Assembly (NCBI RefSeq): GCF_009914755.1
Contig: NC_060937.1
DNA from: the human T2T-CHM13v2.0 reference genome, Homo sapiens
Length of the DNA stretch: 64,000 bases
Strand: one strand, 5' to 3'
In this document: piece by piece, positions 55,565-64,000 of the stretch
Position numbering within the stretch: the first letter of the stretch is position 1
Layout: the number at the start of each line of letters is the position of its first letter
The notes under the pieces: model-generated
The model's input: only the letters and a program-made list of their open reading frames with translations
The model's database searches: none
What the model was told of the DNA's origin: nothing
Made by a program: the position numbers and the translations under genes

Positions 55565-55790
55565 TTGCAATAGACTAAATGTGCTCCCCCAAATTTCATA
55601 TGTTGAAATCTTAATCCCAATGTGATGGTATTTGGAGATGGGGCCTTTGGGAAGTAATTAGGTCATGAGAGTGCTGCCCTAATGAATAAGGTTCGTGCCT
55701 TCATAAGATGACATCAGAGAGCTACCTTGCTCTCTTTCCTCTGTGTCTCAGGCAGTTCTTTACAGCAGTGAGAAAATGGACTAATACAAC
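55565..55790 (+). mobile_element. MLT1A/MST-type LTR with internal deletion
   Basis: ccccccaaatttcatatgttgaaatcttaatcccaatgtgatggtatttggag...atggactaataca. Confidence 0.7.
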
Positions 55791-58169
55791 TATCAAGCTC
55801 ATACATAGAGAAATGTAATAATAATATTTTAAAAACTCTAAGTCAAAAAGACAGCAAGAATATAGATCAGACTGGATAAATAGAAAATAAATGGCATATG
55901 ACTAAAACATATTCAGTACAAATTGTGTTCATGTAAATAGACTAATACATTTAGAAGACAGACTCTTCAGTAAAATAATAAATATATACACTTTACAAAT
56001 GAGACATTTCAATTATTCAGGTGCAGTAATATTGATATAATAAGATAGAAAAAGATAGAATGTATAGACACTAACTGAAAGAAAGCTAGCATTCCTATAA
56101 TGATATGAGACATTTGAGACATTAAGGGAAATATATCATGAAAGATGAAGACCACCATTTTAATAAAATAATAAAAATATTTAATTCACCAGGAAAATAT
56201 AACCACTTAAACTGGATGCACCTACTAATAAAGTATTGTATAAATTAAGAAACAATTGAGAAAGTAAAAGGCAAATGATATAAATTCACAAAGCCTGTGA
56301 TTTAATTGTTAATAAATGGAAGTAATGAATAAGGGTATAGCAAATACGCAGAATGAGTATTACAAATCAATGTACCCCAAAATGTGGGATGCACTTACTT
56401 TACAATTGCACTAGGAATAATGAAAATTTTTTGACTGCCTGACAGAGACCACAAAACAAATCTCGAGAAAATGGAAAGCCTTTAATTCTTGCTTAGTATG
56501 TACTCTAACCATAGTCTGAATAAGGTCAAAACCAATTACAAATACTATCTTTAATATTAAGAAGTACATGTCTAAATAATGCATATGTCTTACTAAAATC
56601 ATAATGTGTTTAGAAAACACTTTAATTATAATAAAATGATATAAAAATAACTTAAGAAATGTGGCCAGAGAAAACATGCTGTTTTAAAATCCTGTTTTAG
56701 TAACGAATAAAGATTAAAACTCAACGCATTGAGAGTTACATAAACGAAGATAGGCATCATCACACATCATATGAGTTTAATAAATAATAAGAGAATAACT
56801 TGAACAACTCTATGCCAGTTTGAAACAGAAATGAAAAACAAAATCACTAGAATTATATTACTTACAAAAATAACAAGATATAGAATACCCAAATTATCCT
56901 ATATTAGATCTGTAGCTCACACAATTCTCTATAAGTGTCTCCATCTCTCTTTCCATCTTTATCTTCAGACTCACATAACTTCAGGAGTGAGTTCCAGATA
57001 ATAATTAAACAAAATTTAATGACGATCTTCAGAAGACTCAGGGGAATACTTTACAATTCTGTTTATGAGTTCAGCATGAGAGAAAAGAATATTACAGGGA
57101 AATAGTTTTCATAGTTTCTAAAAATTATTCAGCAGAAAAACCAATAATATAAACAAAAATTAGTTAATCATGATACTTTTATGAGTGCAAAATTAGTTTA
57201 ACATTAAGAATGAAAAAGCAAAAGAAAATTAAAAGTGACTTATTTATTGATGCTGCATTTCTCTGTGTAATACCATTATTTCTTCATAATTGTAAAATAT
57301 CTATAGGTAAATTATTAGAATGTGTAGGTAATATTAGTACAGTTTTTTGCAAAAGGTTAATATGAAGGGTTAATTTTATTTTTATGCAGTTTTATATCTT
57401 TAAAATGAGACAAAAATACAATATTTATAATACTATCAAAAATACCAGAAGCCTTAGACTAAGTCTTTAAAAAGATTTGCAAGAAACCCACACTTACAAA
57501 AATAACATTGGGAGAAAATTAAAGATGATTAGATAATATGAAAGCTTTCAATTGTCTTACATTGGAAAATTTGGTGGCATAAATACGTCAATCTCACAAA
57601 TTTCATTTATATATTAAATGCAATCCTAGTCAAAAAAAGATGTGGAAAATAAAATGCTAATTTAAAATATATGTAAAAATACAAAGGTCCAGAAATAGGC
57701 AAGAAAATAACACTAAATCATAATAAATCTGTAACAATAACCTATGATATTGCTCAAAATCTAGACAAGTAGAGCAATAAACATTGTAGAAATACCAGAA
57801 ATAGAATCCTGTATAGAACACTGGATTAAAGAAAAACATGAAACTGTAAAAACAAAATGGGAAAAATGAAGTCTTCAGTAAATAGTACTGGTTCAATTGA
57901 ATATCCTTATTACTACCTCATAACAATGCAACATTTCTTTCCAGATATATTGTGTATCTAAATTCTAAAGGCAAAATTCTGAAGATTTCAGAAAGTATAG
58001 GAGTGGTACCTCTCACATTGTAGGAGGGAGAGCATCTTAAACAAGAGGTGTAAACAATTATTCGGTTGCAAATTAGACAACATTAATATTAAAAACTTTT
58101 GTTAAAATATACATTTTCTAATCAAAGGCTTAAATAAGACTTCTGTTTACATGATTCTGGGTAGTAGAA

Positions 58170-58290
58170 TATATATATGTATAATATTGTAGTGTTTATA
58201 TATAATCCATTCTATTATATATTCTATATATACACAAACATTTATACACACACATACATATACGTGCATATATATATACACACACATACA

Positions 58291-58330
<40 letters not shown>

Positions 58331-58473
58331 AGCCAATATTATTGGGTCCTTATACTGGGTTCTTGGTATTTTTAGTTGTTTTTATAGGTGAATATATATA
58401 TATGTGTATATATATGCATATACATATATATATGCATATATTTATATGTGTGAGTGTGTATATATATATATAT
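58170..58473. repeat. TA/CA-rich low-complexity tracts
   Basis: (TA)n and mixed TATG/TACA runs. Confidence 0.8.
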
Positions 58474-59612
58474 CTGGGCGGGTATTTTATTTAAAAATAA
58501 AAGAAAGGGCTGTCAACAAAAACGAATATGTACATTTAAAGGTTTTCAACACCATTCGATTTCAGTGAAACGTACACTAAACGTATTGTTAAGATACCTT
58601 TATGACCCAGCAGAACAACCAAAGTTAAAAATATTGACAATCTAAATGTTGAGCAAAAGAGTGAAACAAACATAACTGTCAAATACTGCTGTTGGAAATG
58701 TAACTTGGCACACCCTTTGAAAAATATAGTTATTTTGCAAAATTAAAAATCTGCATGTTCTATGACTGAAGTTATAAAGTATACTTTTGGTTGAGATATA
58801 TTCTCTATATAATTTATATTAATATATACATTTGTGAATGAAAAAACTTATTTGTGAAAGTTCATAGTTATATTTAAATGTCCAGAAAAAAAAGTCCGGT
58901 TTCAGTAGAATGAAGAAATAATTTGTTATGTGTTCATTCATAAAATAGAGCAGCATGCACAAATAAAAATGTAGAAAGTACAAAAACATTGATGTATTTC
59001 ACAAATACAGTACTGGGCAAAATAAGTAAGATATGAAATAAAGTTGGTGAATAAATTCATTATTATTATTTTTAAATAAAGGCAAATCTAAACTGCAATT
59101 TTAGAATTTTAAATATTGATTAACCTGGAAAGGAGGGAGATTTTAGTGATTTGAAAGGACACGAGAAAAAGTTCTGGGAATCTTATATTAAGTATGCAGA
59201 TTTTGAACTGAGTGTCAGTTATATGGGTATAGAGATTAGGATAATCCATTGAGGCATGTGTTTATAGTTTTCCCATTTTACTTCATGCATTTTTTTAACA
59301 CTAGAAATATATAAGAAGTGAGGAACCCCGTACTAAACGAAAAAGAAAGGAGCCTGCTGTAACGTCAATTAATAGTGGGAAAGAGAAGGGTAATCCGTTA
59401 ATATAAGAAAACATAAAAATATCTTAACAGAAGGTTATGCTTCATTGTGTTTTGATAGATGCAATATTTTTTCACACTGAAGCCAGTATGGTGCCCCTGG
59501 GGTCTAGAGTTAAGTCCTTGTGGGAATTGAATTTGGGGGTGAATTGATTAGACTGTGAGCACCCATCTTGAATCCCACCACTTGATGTGTGTGCTTTGTC
59601 ACGCTCTCATCG

Positions 59613-59613
<1 letters not shown>

Positions 59614-59663
<50 letters not shown>

Positions 59664-59694
59664 TATAATTATACTTTAAGTTTTAGGGTACATG
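59614..59694 (-). mobile_element. (TA)n tail plus ~26-bp L1PA 3' tip
   Basis: ttatactttaagttttagggtacatg follows the (TA)n run directly. Confidence 0.7.
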
Positions 59695-60019
59695 AATGGG
59701 GACTTGTAGAAGAGGGGAGTAAACTCTTCCCACTGAAGGTTATTATGTGTTCATTAAACTAAGAAGGAAAAATCAAGATAAAATTATAAATGGGAACAGG
59801 GATGAGTTTTTATCATTTCTTTTATTTCTACTTTTCAATGTTTCCCAAATTTTTTATAAGGAGCCAGCACTACTTAACAATTTTTAAAATTTAAAAGAAA
59901 AACATTTTTAATGAATTTAATTCTTAGCAGCAAAAATTTAAACCAATCTGGTTTTCTTGTTTCAACAAACTGTTAAATATTACCTTTCAGCAGGTACTGT
60001 GCTGGATAAAAAGATGAGG

Positions 60020-60145
60020 GATTTCGAATGTTCCCAACATCCCAAAAAAGTGAGAAATGTTTGAGGTAATAGATATGTTAATTACCCTGATTTGATCATG
60101 TGTACACTGTATATATTAAATATCAATATATTAAAATACAAAAAG
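60020..60145 (+). mobile_element. L1MA 3' end fragment
   Basis: gaatgttcccaaca...tttgaggtaatagatatgttaattaccctgatttgatcat. Confidence 0.7.
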
Positions 60146-60997
60146 AAATGAGGATGGATTGGTTTTCAGATATCAGAAAAAGTTCCATTGATTTGCAAGT
60201 TATTGATTGGTAGTCTTTAGTTTATATAAAGTATTATGGATTTATGGTTGTATGCGTATTCTAAATTTACACATAATTTTAAGTTTGCACATATTATTAA
60301 AATACATGTAATACCTACTTAATAAATAATTACTATAAAAATTTTGTGACAGTAATTTGTTTTCAAAGGCCAATATATAAATCAATTTTGAGGAGAAAAA
60401 AGTCTACTTTAGAAAAATAGATCTTATTTTGGATATTTTGGGTGACTGTCACTCATAAATGATCTCATATACTCCCCCAAAATTATGTGAATTTTTTGGA
60501 GAAAATAGTTTAAAGATTTTATCAGATTGGATCTAAAAAATATTAAGTACCTTTTCTATAAATTGTTTCTAAAATTAAGTGTTAGAGATATATAGCCTTC
60601 CAATGTGCTACTTATATATTTTCAATGAACTGTGAATTCATGATATGTGCATTTTAGTTCGATTCATCTATTGTTAAACTAAAACACATTTATTTATAGT
60701 AGCATAGTCTTGTTCGTTGCCTTTAAAGCAAGCAAATGAATTACAGTTTCTGAATTTCTTTTGTGTTTATAATGAGGTTATTGACAAGCATTTTAATTAT
60801 CAGAAGCTGAAATCCTTTTCCTAAATATTTTACAAATTGTTAAACACTCTGATATTTCTAGTAGCCTTCATATAATTTAATGTATTTAATGATATTACTA
60901 TGAAAGATTAAAATTATTTCTTGTAATAACGTCATATATAGTAACTTCTTTTATGAAAGCCATGATATTTTTAAACTTTAATAGATTGAAATATGCA

Positions 60998-61152
60998 AGA
61001 CTGGGAGGAGAGTGAGGACTGAAAAACTACCTATTAGGTACTATGCTTATTAACTGGGTGATGAAATAATCTATACACCAAACCCTTGTGACATACAGTT
61101 CACCTATATAGCAAACCTGCACATGTCCCCCTGAATTTCGAAGTTAAAAATA
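60998..61152 (+). mobile_element. L1PA (old) 3' tip
   Basis: gaaaaactacctattaggtactatgc...gcaaacctgcacatgtccccctga. Confidence 0.8.
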
Positions 61153-61319
61153 ATACAGAAGGACATCTCAGAATAAAAGGGAAACATGTCTCACACACAA
61201 AGAAAATTCAAGTTTTGTTATCGAGTGCCTGTATTTTAAAACTTGATGTTAATTATAGGTATTTCCATAGCAGCATGCCAAGGGGAAAGACATTTGAAGT
61301 GGAACATTTATCGTGGATT

Positions 61320-61445
61320 TTGGGCTAGTTACTTAAATGTTCTGTTTCAGTGTCCACATCTATAAAACTGAAATAATATTTCCTTTCTAGGATGATGGCC
61401 GTGATTAAAGAAAATGGGCAGATGAAAACCCCCTAGCGCAATGTC
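61320..61445. mobile_element. MIR fragment
   Basis: tgggctagttacttaa...tttcagtgtccacatctataaaactgaaataata (MIR core). Confidence 0.6.
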
Positions 61446-61554
61446 TGATTGATACATTACTTCCCTTCTGTCCATAATCATAATATAAGAGTTGTAAACT
61501 TGGACTTTCAACAAGTAATAGTTCCATTGATACATTTGAAAATAAAAGTCAAGA

Positions 61555-61805
61555 TTTGGCTATTGGGTACAAAAATACTGTTACAGAGAAGGGATAAACT
61601 TCAGTGTTAACAATATAGTTAACAATGATTTATTGTATATTTAAAAGTAGCTAGGAGATTTGGAATGTTCCCAACACAAATAAATAATAATGTTTGACGT
61701 GATGGATACCCAGTTACTCAGACTTGGTCATTACACACTGTATGCTTGTATCAAAATATTACATGTACCCCACAAATATGTATAATTGTTATCTACCCAT
61801 ACAAA
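61555..61805 (+). mobile_element. L1MA 3' end
   Basis: gggtacaaaaatac...ttggaatgttcccaacacaaa...gtgatggataccc...acatgtaccccacaaatatgtat. Confidence 0.8.
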
Positions 61806-63625
61806 TTTTAATTTTTTTAATGACTTGGCTACTACTAAAAAAATCTTTTGAAGCATATCACATCTTTGTCTTCTCAAAAACTTTCTCAAATTGTATGTTT
61901 CAAAAGAGAAGACAGGGAAGTGCCAGGTATTTAAAAGTAGTCACTCAGGGATGAAGCTCTGACAGAAAGATAAATGACTTTTCTCAACTCTGAAAAAAAC
62001 AGTATCTTCATTGACCCTATTCTCACTTTTTATTTACTATTGCTAAATTTACAAAATAGGGAGAACAATTAGGTAAATATCTAGGTGCTTTCTGTCACTG
62101 ACAGAATGCAGTATATTAAATACAACAAAAAGCATATATGGATCATGTGATCATAAAATACCTCATATTTTAGTAGCATAAATAGTCGTATATCGAATTA
62201 CTCTTCCTAGAAATATTAGAATTTTATCTTTTTGTTCAGTTACAAATACATTTATCAATTAACCTCACATAAATATTTGGAAGTTATATACAAGTACTCC
62301 TCACTTTACATAATCATCTACTTATTTTTTATATATTTTAAATTAATTTATCTTATGAATTCTTATTTTGCTGATACACAACTTAATTGAATTTTATTTC
62401 TTCCCTTTGACAGGAATTAACCTGAATTTTGAGGAGCTGATACAGTGACTGTGAGTCAGGCAGGGACTTCTGTTCACCAGAGTAGATTCCTGTGTTCACA
62501 GGCACATTCTAAAAATATGTTGGTTCTTGTCATATTTTGTCAAAGGACCCATAGATTGCTGCTAAAGTGACTTTTGTAGTGGATATCAGGGCTAAGTCAG
62601 GTTTTCTTGACTCTTCCAGTTATATGAAAACATTCTTCATCTCCTGGGCCGTTCTGAATTACAGGAAATATCTCATTCTAAAAAGTAGGCAACTCCTTTT
62701 TAATCTGGTATTTTGTTTCTCTGGGTCCCAGGAACTCTGAGATTGCACAGACAAATCTGGGAGTTCTGTCATTTCTTTTCTTTCAATTTTGAGTTCTTTT
62801 ATTTCAGTTTTGAGAAAGGAAAGAACAGAGGTTTAAGGTTCTTCTTGCCTTTGGGACCTAGACTACCTAAATTATAATTTATTTCTGATCTTTTTCTCCT
62901 ATTCTCAGATTAGAAAGTAGTCCTGTTTCTACAGGTGAGCCGCTTTGGTCTGATTCACCAGGTATCTTTTAAATCTATTGTTTATTTCTGGAAGTATGTT
63001 TCTTGCTTCACAAGAAACAAAGTTTTGAAAATAAAAACTCAAGATTTGAATCCGTTCTACTCCTTTCCGGGATGTGAATCCTAAAGTGAATAGAAATGCA
63101 AATTTCCAATATTAGGGCAAGGGCCACAGTTACTAAAATGAAATAATAGTTAATAAAATGAAATGATTAAAACTTTGGTTTATCTTTCAAAATGTTATAC
63201 AGGTAGAGATAAATACAGCAAGGGCAGAGACATGAACCAGGTTATAAGCAACTTTAATTCTTCCCTCAATAAATTGTAGTTTATACAAAGGATAAAAATG
63301 ATGTATTTTAAGCAGAAGAATGATGTGTCAGTTTCAATAAAACACTGACTACAATGTAAGGGATTATTGCTGGACGGAAATGGTTGTATATGGAAGAAAA
63401 GAGTGGGAACAGGTAGATTGGGGCTATACTTTAGGTATAAAATAATGATAAATTCAAGTGCAGGTGGTGGCAGTGTAATTAAAACTAAAAGAATAGATTT
63501 AAAAGACATTCATAATTTAAAGTTAGATAGGAATAGGCTAACTGGGTGTGACTGGAGAGGGGATCTGTTTTCCAGTTTTGGCAACTGAAAGTATTGTGAC
63601 AACTTTCAATAAGAAATTGCACACA

Positions 63626-64000
<375 letters not shown>

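Larger units (their letters stand above)
55410..59300 (+). mobile_element. Highly decayed L1M (ORF2 to 3'UTR)
   Basis: A-rich strand with scattered L1 ORF2-like motifs (ttgaacaactctatgcc, aatgcaatcctagtcaaaa, ttatgacccagca). Confidence 0.55.

Overview
Primate genomic DNA, very probably human (it carries an AluYa5 with all five diagnostic positions and a clean TSD). Bases 1-1300 hold an intact, intronless high-Gly/Tyr keratin-associated protein gene (KRTAP21-1-like, 109 aa, minus strand) with its own TATA box and an internal 48-bp repeat expansion; I recognise no other KRTAP gene in the next 63 kb. Bases ~1801-12250 are a ~10.4-kb composite duplicon bounded by two abruptly cut, outward-pointing L1 3' ends. 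It contains a palindromic AT-rich ~63-bp satellite (SATR-type), the 3' half of an OR7E olfactory receptor pseudogene, and a GC-rich ~75-bp hairpin satellite that has captured a ~590-bp class I ERV (HERV-E-like) pol fragment and amplified it six times in a two-copy ~3.5-kb higher-order repeat. All junctions in this block fall in satellite sequence, several carry short inverted (fold-back) satellite snippets, and both termini carry the same rare monomer variant. The remaining ~51 kb is an AT-rich gene desert of L1, Alu, MaLR, L2 and DNA-transposon relics plus a two-LTR MER34-like provirus. Repeat subfamily names and the possible locus (recalled as 13q21.31) come from memory, not from a search; most repeat boundaries are approximate.
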